In this document: positions 30,147 to 40,068 of the stretch, piece after piece
How positions within the stretch are numbered: the stretch's first letter is position 1
How the letters are laid out: every line of letters starts with the position of its first letter
Source: Candidatus Latescibacterota bacterium
Lineage (GTDB): Bacteria; Latescibacterota; UBA2968; UBA8231
Assembly (NCBI GenBank): GCA_965221775.1
Contig: CBDCSU010000004.1
Coordinates: 672,001-736,000, forward strand
Reading direction: 5' to 3'
DNA: 64,000 nucleotides
Notes under the pieces: model-generated
Databases searched by the model: none
What the model saw: only the letters and a program-made list of their open reading frames with translations
Told to the model about the DNA's origin: nothing
Made by a program: the position numbers and the translations under genes

Positions 30147-30466
30147 ACCACCGTCACCTGGAGGTCGTCTCCGGCACTCCGGCCGAAGCGCTGCCGCTGG
30201 CGGCCATCGTCGATATTCTGCAACGAGGCGATCTCGATGACTGGCGGCCGATAGCCAGGGCCATCCGCCGGGATCCGATGGGTGAGCTCGCCGGCAAGGT
30301 GCTGCGCCTGGTGGACGCCTACCCGATGTACGGGACCTCGTCTCTCTGGCGGTCTTGGATCGACCGTTGCCGGGCGCGCGCCGAGGGCGCCGCGCCGTCG
30401 AAGGAGGTGTTCTCGGGCGACGGCAGGACGGCCATCCGGCTGGACAGCGAGGAGCCCAATCCATGA
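30143..30466 (+). CDS. putative antitoxin partner of the NTase (possibly internally deleted)
   Basis: GTGA coupling; HRHL...AAIVDILQRGDLDDW motif; ATGA overlap with next gene. Confidence 0.55.
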   Translation: MNHRHLEVVSGTPAEALPLAAIVDILQRGDLDDWRPIARAIRRDPMGELAGKVLRLVDAYPMYGTSSLWRSWIDRCRARAEGAAPSKEVFSGDGRTAIRLDSEEPNP

Positions 30467-31845
30467 ACCGCGAATCCGAGAACCTCGTCTTCCGGGACAG
30501 CCGCCTGCCCGAGAATCCGTCCCCGGCCGACCTGCGGGCGGCGGCGGCCGACTACGAGGCGATCTGCCTGGCCAACATCCAGGCCGTGGTCGAGCGCTGG
30601 GAGCGCCACGGCGGCGCCTACCCCTTCGTCGATACCAAGCTCGACCTGCGCACCGGGCGCGACCACCCGGCCGGGGACTTGGTCCGGGGGCGGGACACGA
30701 TCTACGGCTGGATCCAGGGCCGCGGGCTGGAGGCCGTGGCCGGTCACGCCCTCTGGGCCGAGGCCGACCCCCGCCCCCCGCTGCGGGAGCTGGCCCCGCG
30801 GCTGCGCGCCATGGCCGCCGCCGTCCTCGGCTCGGTGCGCCGGCTGCGGGACCGCAACGAGGGCCACCTGTTCTTCTTCATGTCCCCCGACGGCTCGCCC
30901 TTCGCCCTCGGCCCCGGGGACCGCCGCGAGCCGGTGGAGATCACCGCCGCCACGCCGAGCGGCTTCAGCGACCTCTTCGGCGCCAGGGGCCTCTTCGCCG
31001 GCGCCCGCCTCCTCGGGGATTCCGCCGCCGAGGCCGAGGCCGTGGAGTGGATGGAGCGGGTCTCGGCCGACATCTGGTCGCGGCGTTTCGCCAGCGACCA
31101 GCAGCCCCTCGACCCGACGAACCCGATCGAGACCCTGCCCGGCCGCCACGGCCACGGGCCGTACATGATCCAGCTCGGGGCCGCCGCCCTGGGCGCCCGG
31201 GCCGGGCTTCCCGGCGCCGCCGACGACGGGCTGCGCATGGTCCGCCACGTCCTCGACAACCACGCCAACCTGGAGGGCCGCCCGGGGTTCCAGGAGGGCG
31301 ACTTCTGGGAGTTCGTCGACGACGAGGGACAGCCCCTGCTCGACGAGGGCTGCATCCTCTCCGACCCGGGCCACGCCCTGGAGTTCGTCGGACTCGCCTT
31401 CAAGCTCCTGGGTGAGGCGGGGAGCCGGCCCGAGGACGCCGGCCCGACCGCTGATCTCTTCCGGGTGATGGACCAGGTCTTCGGCTACGGCTTCCAGCCG
31501 GGGCCCGGCGGCATCTGCAAGGCGTATGACCTGGTGGCCCGACGCCCGATCCACACCGACATGCCCTGGTGGAGCCTGCCCGAGACGATCCGCACCGCGG
31601 CCCTCGGCTGGCGGGCCCTGGACGACGCCGGGGCGAAGCGCCGCTGCCTGCGCATCTGGGCCGCCTGCCACAACGCCTTCTTCGAGCACTTCCTGCGGCC
31701 CGAGGTCCACCTCATGGCGGTGCAGATGCGCGCCGCCGACGGCTCCGTCTCCCCGGCGATCCCGGGCACGGCCGACGCCGACCCGGGTTACCACACGGGG
31801 CTGAGCCTCCTCGATGTGGTCGAAGCGGTGAGGACGGCCCCGTGA
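30463..31845 (+). CDS. AGE (N-acylglucosamine 2-epimerase) superfamily epimerase/isomerase-like protein
   Basis: DPGHALEF, PWWSLPE, DPGYH motifs of the (alpha/alpha)6 AGE fold. Confidence 0.7.
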   Translation: MNRESENLVFRDSRLPENPSPADLRAAAADYEAICLANIQAVVERWERHGGAYPFVDTKLDLRTGRDHPAGDLVRGRDTIYGWIQGRGLEAVAGHALWAEADPRPPLRELAPRLRAMAAAVLGSVRRLRDRNEGHLFFFMSPDGSPFALGPGDRREPVEITAATPSGFSDLFGARGLFAGARLLGDSAAEAEAVEWMERVSADIWSRRFASDQQPLDPTNPIETLPGRHGHGPYMIQLGAAALGARAGLPGAADDGLRMVRHVLDNHANLEGRPGFQEGDFWEFVDDEGQPLLDEGCILSDPGHALEFVGLAFKLLGEAGSRPEDAGPTADLFRVMDQVFGYGFQPGPGGICKAYDLVARRPIHTDMPWWSLPETIRTAALGWRALDDAGAKRRCLRIWAACHNAFFEHFLRPEVHLMAVQMRAADGSVSPAIPGTADADPGYHTGLSLLDVVEAVRTAP

Positions 31846-33398
31846 GCTGGGACACCGTCCTCGTCGGCGCCGGCGCCGCCGGCTGCGTGCTCGCCGCGCG
31901 CCTCTCCGCGGCCGGCCGGCGGGTGCTGCTGCTGGAGGCGGGCCCCGACTTCCCCGACCCGGAGGACCTGCCCGCGGAGGTGCGGCGGGCCTACGGCGAG
32001 CCGGGCATCTGGTCCCGGGCCTTCGGCTACAACACCCGCTTCGGCTGGGGCTACCGGGCGCGCGCCACCGACAGCCACCCGGACATGTACGTCCCCCGGG
32101 GCCGTCTGGTGGGCGGCTCCAGCGCCGTCAACGCCCAGATCTTCCTGCGCGGCGTCCCGGAGGACTACGACGGCTGGGCCGCGGCCGGCAACCCGGAGTG
32201 GGCCTGGGAGAAGGTCCTGCCCTGCCTGAAGCGGATCGAGGCCGACCCCGACTTCGACGGCGACTTCCACGGCGCCGAGGGGCCGATCCCAGTCCACCGC
32301 TTCCGTTACGAGGCCTGCGCCGCCGAGCAGAAGGCCTTCTACGACGCCCTGCGCGACCGGGGCCAGGCGGACTGCCCGGACCACAACGACCCGGACTCCA
32401 CCGGCGTCGGCCCCCTGCCGCTGAACAACGCCGGCGGCATCCGCTGGAGCGCCGCCCTCGGCTACCTGACCGCCGAGGTTCGGGCGCGCCCGAACCTGGA
32501 GATCCGCGGCGACGCCCCGGCCGGGCGGGTCCTCGTCGAAGGGGGCCGCGCCGCGGCCGTTGAGGTCCGCGGTCCCGCCGGCGCGGAGCGCATCGCCGCC
32601 GGTGAGATCCTGCTCACGGGCGGGGCCATCGGCTCCCCCCAGCTGCTGCTGCTCTCCGGCATCGGACCCGCCGGTGACCTGGAGGCCCTCGGCATCCCGG
32701 TGCAGGCGGACCTGCCGGGGGTGGGCGGCAACCTGCGCTGTCACCCCCAGTGCGGCCTCAGCGTCGAGGCGGAGCCCGCCTTCCTCGGCACCGGGGAAGG
32801 TCCGGCCCTCCAGATGGGGTGCCGCTACACCGCCGCCGGCTCCAACCTGCGCAACGACATGTTCCTCCACCCCGGCTCCAGCGCCCCCCGGGGCGGCTAC
32901 TACAACGACGCCGAGATCGTCGGCTTCAACCTGGTGGCCTCCATCTACCTGGCCGCCGGCGCCGGCAGCCTGCGCCTGGCCTCCGCCGATCCCGGGCGCC
33001 GGCCGCTGCTCGACTACAACTACCTCGCAGAGTCCGTCGATCTCGACCGCATGCGCGAGGGGGTGCGGATCCTGCTCGACCTGATCGAGCACGAGGCCTT
33101 CCGCGGGATCTCCCGGGGGCCGCTGAACATCTCCCCCGCCGACACCGCCTCCGACGCCGCCCTCGACGACTGGATGCGCCGCGTCGTGGCCACCAGCCAC
33201 CACGTCTCGGGCACCTGCAAGATGGGCCCCGACAGCGACGCCGCGGCCGTCGTCGACGAGTGCGGCCGGGTGAAGGGGGTGGAGGGCCTGCGGGTGGCCG
33301 ACGCCTCGATCATGCACGACTGCATCCGCGCCAACACCAACTACACGACCATGATGATCGCCGAGCGCCTAGCCGACCTCATGGCCGAAGGCCGCTGA
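31842..33398 (+). CDS. GMC oxidoreductase (choline dehydrogenase-like)
   Basis: VGAGAAG, GRLVGGSSAVN, GAIGSPQLLLLSGIG, HVSGTCKMG, LRVADAS, NTN. Confidence 0.93.
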   Translation: MSWDTVLVGAGAAGCVLAARLSAAGRRVLLLEAGPDFPDPEDLPAEVRRAYGEPGIWSRAFGYNTRFGWGYRARATDSHPDMYVPRGRLVGGSSAVNAQIFLRGVPEDYDGWAAAGNPEWAWEKVLPCLKRIEADPDFDGDFHGAEGPIPVHRFRYEACAAEQKAFYDALRDRGQADCPDHNDPDSTGVGPLPLNNAGGIRWSAALGYLTAEVRARPNLEIRGDAPAGRVLVEGGRAAAVEVRGPAGAERIAAGEILLTGGAIGSPQLLLLSGIGPAGDLEALGIPVQADLPGVGGNLRCHPQCGLSVEAEPAFLGTGEGPALQMGCRYTAAGSNLRNDMFLHPGSSAPRGGYYNDAEIVGFNLVASIYLAAGAGSLRLASADPGRRPLLDYNYLAESVDLDRMREGVRILLDLIEHEAFRGISRGPLNISPADTASDAALDDWMRRVVATSHHVSGTCKMGPDSDAAAVVDECGRVKGVEGLRVADASIMHDCIRANTNYTTMMIAERLADLMAEGR

Positions 33399-33421
33399 GG
33401 GACGCGGCCGCACCGAGGGGG

Positions 33422-36109
33422 CTACGGGCCCAGGTACACCGTCTTCCGCACGCTCTCCAATCCGCCCTCGAGATAGAGGGCGATGAAATAGACTCCCGAT
33501 CCTCTTTCCCGGGGGGTCCACTCGAACCGGCTCACTCCCGCGCCGAGGACCTCGTCCACCAGTACTTCCTCAAGCTGGCCAAGGGTGTTGTAGACCTCGA
33601 GGGTAACCGCTTTCGGGCTGCCCAGAGTGAGATCGAGCCCAACTGTAGAGAAAGACGGATTGGGATACGCCTCTGACAGATCGAACTCTCTGCTCCCGAG
33701 GGGCCCGTACACGCTGTTGACCTGACCCGGGGTCCCCCCCTCCTCCAAGGAAGCCAGCCACTGAAGGGGATCGGCATTGTCCCCTCCAGGGCCACGCAAC
33801 TCCAGCGTGGTACCATCCCTGCGAATCTCCTCCGGCCACGGCCAACGGTCCGAATAGGTGACGGAGTCGACCAGCCGTCCCTGGCGGTCGTAGAGGCGGA
33901 CCCGCTCTCCACTGCTTCGGAACCCGAATTCGAAGTCTCCCACACAGTCCACCCCCAGAAGCGCTTCCAGCGCCCCCCCATCCTGACACAGCACGAGGAA
34001 CCCGCGCGGCAGGACAACCGTGCCATGGGGAAGCACGAAGGAGTGCTGGTCATCGTCATCCTGCAGGTACCACCCCGAGAGATTCACGATGGCATCACTC
34101 GGGTTGTGGAGTTCGACCCAATCTCCCGTATCCAGGTCATCCGCGGAGTGGTAGTCTATCTCATTGATCACGACACCGGCCTGCACCAGACCGACGGAGC
34201 GGTCCTGTCGATTGACGCGAGCCACGATCGTTCCCAGGGCCGGCGTGAGCAGCTTCATCGTGTCGCCAAGGGCGATGTCGAAGAAGAGATCCCCCAGTAT
34301 CCGGTCACCCCCCAAAGAGTCCGTAGCCGCCGCCCTGTCCGTGGTGAGCAGGAGGTCGGCTCCCGCAGCAATCTCAGTCCCCGGTGGAAACATGAAGCGG
34401 TTGAAGTACTCCCCGGACTGGAAGCTGCAATAGGAAAGATCCAGCCTCGACTCGCCGGTATTGGCTATCCTGACGGAATGCTCCTTGCCCCTTCGCTGAG
34501 GGTCCTCGATTCGCAGGTGCCGATAGTCCTCGATACCGGCGTTGTTCACATTCAAGGCGAAGGTCTTCGTAGCCGTGTAGTTGATGTAGTACAGGCCATT
34601 GTGGGGATACCTGTACTCTCCCGCTCTGAAGCAGTAGGGAACGAGGCCGGTGTACCCCTCCGGCAAGCGCAGACGGTTGCCGTAGACGAGATCTCCCGCC
34701 AGCAAGTCATCATGCTGGCCATCGTCGAAGAGGACGAGTTCCTGCACCGTAATCGGCTCCCCCCGAGTCCCGTAGGAGGACAAGTCCGTGACGTACTCGA
34801 CCACCAGGCTCTGGGGTTCTGGAGAAGTGGCGCGAAAGACCACGCTTCGATCCTCGCCACGGGGTGAGGGAAATGGATTCGAACAGTACAGATTCGTCAG
34901 GGGTCTTGTCTCGAAGAATCTGAAATCCGTCAGGAACGACTTCCTCGCCGCCAGGAAGTCCTTCACGCGTCTTACCTCCATGTCGAATTCCGCGTTGGTC
35001 CCGACCTTGGCCGGATCCCGGTAGACGTCCGATCTGATCAGCTCGTACGTCAGGTCGATCTGCGCTTCCAAGGCGTCGAAGCCGTAGTCGATGACGACAC
35101 TCACCTGCCTCCAGAACGACTCTCGCCACTGCTCGTGTTCCATCAGCCTCCGAAAGAGCAGATGGTTGCTGAGGAATCGACTCTGGAAGATCGTCTCATA
35201 GTATGGCCGGTATTGACCCGTCCAGTGGTTGCCGAAGGAGCTGTCCTGATCCCAGGGGAATATCCGATGGCGATTCTCCTTCGGGTCGAAGAACAGCAAG
35301 GTGTTCTTCGTCAGAGAATCGAAGCTGGAGATCGAGTAGGCGACGGCGAAGAACCGAAGCACGTCTTCCACGTCCAGCAGGAGAGGCGCCTGCTCTTCAA
35401 AGTCCTCATGGCTCAGGTAGAACAGCTGGTTCAAGAGTCGCTGGACATCGGAGTAATCCGAGTCATCCCCTACTTTCTTGTTCCAGGTGGAACGGTAGCT
35501 GTCGTAGTCCAGTAGGGGTGCGGTGCTGCCCCCGTGATCTTCGGACTTGTAGAGGTCACCGCCTTCATGGCCGTAGCGGCGCAGGAAGTCGCGATTCGGC
35601 TCTTCGAGATGGACAAAGACGCCCATGTACTGATCGTTTACGATCAGGTTGACGTGCCTGGCATTCGGAGCTGCATGGCCGAGGAACTGATACAGCTTCA
35701 TGGCAAGGGTGTTGCGCATCAGCGAGATGTCTCTGTACTCGGCGTTGAGATTGAGCTCCTTGCTTGCGAACGGATTGGATCGATCTTCAAACCAGACCTT
35801 CCAGCTCTTCTTTGGAAGAGTCCGGACCGTGGCGCCGCGGAATCGCACCTCGCACTCGTAGCTCTGTCCTGCCCAGAGCATCCGGGCAGGATAGCGAACC
35901 GCGCTGCGGGGAGAGCCGTACAGGGCCTTCAGATGGCCGGGATCGATAGTCAGACGATAGACGGGCAGGTTGAACTCCTGATCCTGGGCGTGCAGGCACA
36001 TCGCCTGCATGCTCGAGAGCAAGCAGGCCCAGAGACTCAGGGCCGGGAGGTTCTCCCTGAACCTGGACACGCCGGTCGGACTCTTCCGCGGATCAGACCG
36101 CAACGTCAT
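33422..36109 (-). CDS. secreted CotH-family kinase with choice-of-anchor-X-like motif, lamin-tail domain and FlgD/T9SS-type tail
   Basis: RFRG..R..PKKSWKV, D.SLMRN, YMGVF...E, KN, FPWDQDSSFG; LFDDGQHDDLLAGD; VVINEIDY..DWVELHN; AYPNP; GGGGAG RBS. Confidence 0.88.
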   Translation of the reverse strand: MTLRSDPRKSPTGVSRFRENLPALSLWACLLSSMQAMCLHAQDQEFNLPVYRLTIDPGHLKALYGSPRSAVRYPARMLWAGQSYECEVRFRGATVRTLPKKSWKVWFEDRSNPFASKELNLNAEYRDISLMRNTLAMKLYQFLGHAAPNARHVNLIVNDQYMGVFVHLEEPNRDFLRRYGHEGGDLYKSEDHGGSTAPLLDYDSYRSTWNKKVGDDSDYSDVQRLLNQLFYLSHEDFEEQAPLLLDVEDVLRFFAVAYSISSFDSLTKNTLLFFDPKENRHRIFPWDQDSSFGNHWTGQYRPYYETIFQSRFLSNHLLFRRLMEHEQWRESFWRQVSVVIDYGFDALEAQIDLTYELIRSDVYRDPAKVGTNAEFDMEVRRVKDFLAARKSFLTDFRFFETRPLTNLYCSNPFPSPRGEDRSVVFRATSPEPQSLVVEYVTDLSSYGTRGEPITVQELVLFDDGQHDDLLAGDLVYGNRLRLPEGYTGLVPYCFRAGEYRYPHNGLYYINYTATKTFALNVNNAGIEDYRHLRIEDPQRRGKEHSVRIANTGESRLDLSYCSFQSGEYFNRFMFPPGTEIAAGADLLLTTDRAAATDSLGGDRILGDLFFDIALGDTMKLLTPALGTIVARVNRQDRSVGLVQAGVVINEIDYHSADDLDTGDWVELHNPSDAIVNLSGWYLQDDDDQHSFVLPHGTVVLPRGFLVLCQDGGALEALLGVDCVGDFEFGFRSSGERVRLYDRQGRLVDSVTYSDRWPWPEEIRRDGTTLELRGPGGDNADPLQWLASLEEGGTPGQVNSVYGPLGSREFDLSEAYPNPSFSTVGLDLTLGSPKAVTLEVYNTLGQLEEVLVDEVLGAGVSRFEWTPRERGSGVYFIALYLEGGLESVRKTVYLGP

Positions 36110-36863
36110 CTCCCCTGCCGATTCGTTCCAGACAGCTGTCGATGACGTAGCGGTACTTCGAGTATCCGCGCTGCACCAGGGAGAAGCGTTTCACCAGGTC
36201 CAGGGCCCAGAAAGGCACCAGGGACTCGGTCTTGATCTCCACGACGACGGGAGAGCCCGCCCACTGCGCGGTGACCTCGTCGTCGTAGTAGCTCATCTCC
36301 TCGTCCCGGCTCCACAGGTCGTATGAACCGCTCATCAGCCGGTAGCGCATGGCGCGGTCGAAGGTTATGCGGCCGTAGGCGTCGACCTCGCTCACGTAGG
36401 GCTCCCGCTCATAGCGCACGTGAAGGACCGGTTCGGTACCGTACAGGTGGTGCAGGTCGACGAAGGAACGGGGCATGGTCTCGTGGCGGGGCGACGTGCG
36501 ATCCTCCCTGGCCACTTGAAGCACCCCGGGCCACTCGCTCGTGGCAATGCGCTCGCGGACCTTCCAGACGGTGTGGCTGTGCCGGTACTTGACCTCGAGG
36601 GTAGCCGAGCCGGCTTGGCCGGTTCCGTAGTAGCGGACCCTCGGCTTGAAGCGCAACAGCTGGCGTAGCCTGGTGTCGTTGTAGAAACGCAACCCCGGAG
36701 TGTCCATGTACACGCTGTTCACCGTGTAGTGTGCCTGCTCCGCGGGGAGGTTGGCGTCGAGGGTGAACAGCGGTTGAATGAACTGGCGGATCTCCGCAGC
36801 CAGTTCCTCGGTCACGGTGTATTTCAACTCGTACCGGTGGATGGGAGAGAGGTCAATCGCCAT
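36093..36863 (-). CDS. VTC-domain polyphosphate polymerase
   Basis: RYELKY, YTVNSVYMDT, RFKPRVRYY, LEVK, YEREPY, RITFD, VVEIK, SKY. Confidence 0.9.
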   Translation of the reverse strand: MAIDLSPIHRYELKYTVTEELAAEIRQFIQPLFTLDANLPAEQAHYTVNSVYMDTPGLRFYNDTRLRQLLRFKPRVRYYGTGQAGSATLEVKYRHSHTVWKVRERIATSEWPGVLQVAREDRTSPRHETMPRSFVDLHHLYGTEPVLHVRYEREPYVSEVDAYGRITFDRAMRYRLMSGSYDLWSRDEEMSYYDDEVTAQWAGSPVVVEIKTESLVPFWALDLVKRFSLVQRGYSKYRYVIDSCLERIGRGDDVAV

Positions 36864-38163
36864 GGCCCCTCGCCTGCCGCGGCAGCGACTGCGGACCGCC
36901 GATCCCCAGCTCGTAGTACAGGAAGTAGAGGGCGTGGGACAGATTGCGCTCGCCCTCGGCGATGGCGACCCGTGCATCCATGATCGTGCGCTCCAGCTCC
37001 AGGATCTCGTCCGCCGGCACCGTGGGATGGTCGTGCGTCCGGACCACCACGAGCGACGCGGCCTGGATGATGGTTTCGGCCTCCCGTCGAGTCAGGTTGC
37101 GGGCGAGCAACGCCTCGGTGTAGTCCGAGAGACCCTCGCAGACCTCGTCGGCAATGCGCTCCCGAACCGATTCCGCCTCCCGCTCGCTCTCCGACACCGC
37201 AAGGGAGAGGCCGGCGAGGTTGTCCGCATTGCGGTTGAACAGAGGGAGCTCTACCCCGAAGGTCAGCTCGTGCCAGTCGTCTTCGGCCCTCTCGACATGT
37301 CGCGACATCTCCAGGAAGGACAACTGCGGCAGCAGCCGCCGGCTCTCGAAGTGGCGCCGGTCGAGGGCGAGCCGATGCCTCTCCTCCGCCAGCCGAAGCT
37401 CCGGGCGGTTGGCCCAGGCGAGGGCCACGAGCTCTTCCTCACTCCCAACGATCTCCGGAAGCGGCTCGGCGGCCAGCTGGATCCGCGCAGAGACGCCCGT
37501 CAGGCGCCGCAGCCTGCGTTCCTCCTCCCGCAGCGCATGCAGGCTTCGAAGGTGGGTCTGCCGCGCCTCGGCGACGGCGGTCCTGGCCTTGGTGAAGTAC
37601 ACAATCGACCGCCGGCCGAGATCGACCATGGTCTCGATCTGGGAGATCCGCCGGCTCTCGTTGTCGATCCGCCCGGCTGCCAGGCGTGCCAGCTCAGCGT
37701 ACATGGTGAGGTCGGCGCAGGACCGGCGCACCCGCGAGGCCAGCCAGTGCCGTCCGCGGATCGCCTCGGCCCTGCGCTCCCACATGGTCACCTGCTTCCG
37801 CTGTCTGCGCATCCTCGCTTCGCCAGGTGCTGGCGGACGCCAGCGGATGCCGATCTCGAGCTCGTCGACTCGGGCCCTCCCGCGCCGGGCGGCCAGGTTG
37901 CGCACGCGGATCTCGGGATTGTCGATCCAGTCGAGGGAGCGCATGCGGTACGTGCGGAGATCGGCCTCCGACTCGAGCAAGCCAACGCGGGGGTTGTTGC
38001 GCAGACCGATGGCCACCGTCTCTTCGATGGTCAGAGTCAGCTCCTCCCTGCCGCCGCCGGCGGCCCCCGGGTCCTGGCCGCCCTCGCTCGGGGCCGCAGT
38101 CGAGCAGAGGCTGACGCCGAAGGGGACCAGCACAGCCGCGAGAGACCGGCCGCCGCGCTTCAT
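36853..38163 (-). CDS. TolC-family outer membrane efflux protein
   Basis: signal peptide; LTIEETVAIGLRNNP, NRPEL, LPQLS, GVELPLFNRN. Confidence 0.8.
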   Translation of the reverse strand: MKRGGRSLAAVLVPFGVSLCSTAAPSEGGQDPGAAGGGREELTLTIEETVAIGLRNNPRVGLLESEADLRTYRMRSLDWIDNPEIRVRNLAARRGRARVDELEIGIRWRPPAPGEARMRRQRKQVTMWERRAEAIRGRHWLASRVRRSCADLTMYAELARLAAGRIDNESRRISQIETMVDLGRRSIVYFTKARTAVAEARQTHLRSLHALREEERRLRRLTGVSARIQLAAEPLPEIVGSEEELVALAWANRPELRLAEERHRLALDRRHFESRRLLPQLSFLEMSRHVERAEDDWHELTFGVELPLFNRNADNLAGLSLAVSESEREAESVRERIADEVCEGLSDYTEALLARNLTRREAETIIQAASLVVVRTHDHPTVPADEILELERTIMDARVAIAEGERNLSHALYFLYYELGIGGPQSLPRQARGHGD

Positions 38164-39215
38164 GGGCCCGCTCTCCCGAGCACGGAGGATCGATCGATGA
38201 AGCCCACGCGCACAGACTCACCAGGCAGCAGAAGGTGACCGGCCTCGAGGACGACGCGGACCTTCCGGGCCCACAGCATCTGCCCGCGAAGCCACAGCCG
38301 CTCCGGCATCGGTGAGTACCCTGGATGGACGAAGTCGATCCGCCCCCGGGCGTCGAAGTCGCCCGACCGTCTCGACATCACTTCCACCGCCTGGCCGACC
38401 TGCAACTGCAGGTCCTCCGTCTCCGGGACGTAGACTTCCACCACGGAGGCCTGGGCACTCTCCACGGTGACGATGGGCAGGAAGGCGTCGACCGTACTGC
38501 CCGGCAGAGCCAGGATCCGGGAAACCAGGCCATTGGAAGGCGACCGGACCGTTCGATACTCGATGCGCTGGTCGATGAGCGTGATCGACTGACGGACCTC
38601 GTGGATGCGCTGCAGGCGGTCTCCGAGAAGTGAGGTCAGGATACTGTCGCCGAAGGCGGCCGAATCGTCGCTGCCGAGGTGCACCACTTCGGGCCGGATG
38701 AGCGCCGACTGTTCGGCGACGGACCGCGCCAGGACATCGCGGCGAATGGTCATGCGGGTCAGATCGCGGTCATGGCCCAGGCCGGCCTTCTCCGCGGCCA
38801 CCAGCGCCTCGATCTCCCGGCTGAGGGCATCGAGCTCGGCTTCCTCCGCCTGTACCTGGGCGTATCGCTCGGACACGCGCAGCCGCAGCAGGTCGTACTC
38901 GACGTGGTAGCGGCGCCGGTCCGCCGCCGCGATCGACTCCAGGACGGCCAGCTCTTCCGCACGCAGCCGCCTCTCCGCCGACAGGTCCGACACGTCCAGG
39001 CGAGCCAGGACCTGTCCGGCCGCGACGGCCTGGCCCACTGCGGCGTGCATCTCGTGGATGGTTCCCCCCTCGCGGGCCCCCACCGACTGCACCGTGGACA
39101 CGACGGTGCCCACCAGGTACGGATCGACCTGCCACTGCCAGTAGCCGTAGACGGCCGCCATCACGGCCACCGCCCACAGGGCACGGAAGGAGTTCCTCGT
39201 CAGCCAACGCTTCAT
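38160..39215 (-). CDS. HlyD-family periplasmic adaptor
   Basis: N-terminal TM; lipoyl halves VGQAVAAGQVLARLD and VRSPSNGLV; coiled coil; LLPGESV. Confidence 0.85.
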   Translation of the reverse strand: MKRWLTRNSFRALWAVAVMAAVYGYWQWQVDPYLVGTVVSTVQSVGAREGGTIHEMHAAVGQAVAAGQVLARLDVSDLSAERRLRAEELAVLESIAAADRRRYHVEYDLLRLRVSERYAQVQAEEAELDALSREIEALVAAEKAGLGHDRDLTRMTIRRDVLARSVAEQSALIRPEVVHLGSDDSAAFGDSILTSLLGDRLQRIHEVRQSITLIDQRIEYRTVRSPSNGLVSRILALPGSTVDAFLPIVTVESAQASVVEVYVPETEDLQLQVGQAVEVMSRRSGDFDARGRIDFVHPGYSPMPERLWLRGQMLWARKVRVVLEAGHLLLPGESVRVGFIDRSSVLGRAGP

Positions 39216-39218
39216 GGG

Positions 39219-39899
39219 CTACACCTCCACTGCAGAGGTGTGGTTCATGAAGGTCAACCCGCGAAGGCCCTCGATCCGTCCCAAGGCCTCGATCAATCGC
39301 GTCGAGTCCGCCTCCCGGACGAGCTTGACCTGGTATGTGCAGTCCACGAGATCGCCCTGGGCCACGTCGCGCATCGTCACCAGGCCGAAGGTCCGCGGTA
39401 TCTGCTGAAACACCTGGGCCACCTGGGCGGCGAAGTCCGGCGCCGCCGGGATCTGGAAGCGCACGAGTCCATCGAACTTCATGCGCGTGCCGAAGAGAGA
39501 GGAGTGCATGAGCACGGCGGTGGTACAGAACAGGGCGGTGGCGAGGGTGGCAGCGATGTAGCTCTGCACCCCGCTGGCCACGCCCGCACCGAGAGCGGCG
39601 AAGAGGAACACCAGGTCCCGGGGATCGCGCAGGTTGGTGCGGAAGCGGATGATCGCCAGCGATCCCACGATACCGATGCCCCTGGCCACGTTGTCGCCGA
39701 TGGCGATCATCAGCAGACAGGTGATGAGGCTGCCCAGCCCCATGGTCTCCATCAGACCCCGCGACCAGGACAGGCCATGGAACGTCCACTCGTACACCAT
39801 TGCGATCGTGCTCGACAGGCAGAAGGCGAATACCAGGGAGAGCAGCACCGTATTCCAGTGGAGCTTGATCGTCCCGAAATCGAGCAGCAGACTGTCCAT
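39219..39899 (-). CDS. DUF4956 family membrane protein
   Basis: IGDNVARGIGIVGSLAIIRFRTNLRDPRDLVFLF; AAAGGAG RBS before ATG 39899. Confidence 0.9.
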   Translation of the reverse strand: MDSLLLDFGTIKLHWNTVLLSLVFAFCLSSTIAMVYEWTFHGLSWSRGLMETMGLGSLITCLLMIAIGDNVARGIGIVGSLAIIRFRTNLRDPRDLVFLFAALGAGVASGVQSYIAATLATALFCTTAVLMHSSLFGTRMKFDGLVRFQIPAAPDFAAQVAQVFQQIPRTFGLVTMRDVAQGDLVDCTYQVKLVREADSTRLIEALGRIEGLRGLTFMNHTSAVEV

Positions 39900-39935
39900 C
39901 AGCTGGTCTCCTTTGGCGTCGTGCCACGTGTGGCA

Positions 39936-39951
39936 TGCAAGAATTGTGCCG
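39936..39951 (-). promoter_or_regulatory. sigma54 -24/-12 promoter of the DUF4956 operon
   Basis: minus strand CGGCACAATTCTTGCA = GG-N10-GC, matches TGGCAC-N5-TTGCW; 36 nt upstream of the ATG. Confidence 0.8.
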
Positions 39952-40068
39952 TCCACAGGGCCGCCTGCCGCAGCACCCGCCACCGGCCAGTCTCTGCCCG
40001 CACCCCCGACTGTGGGCCTGCAGAGGCAGGGCGCATCGGAGCTCTCCGGCTCTCGGGACAACCGCCTC

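Noticed and set aside
31842-33398. Resemblance to mycofactocin-system GMC oxidoreductase MftG
   Set aside because: No mft genes in the window; only generic GMC motifs
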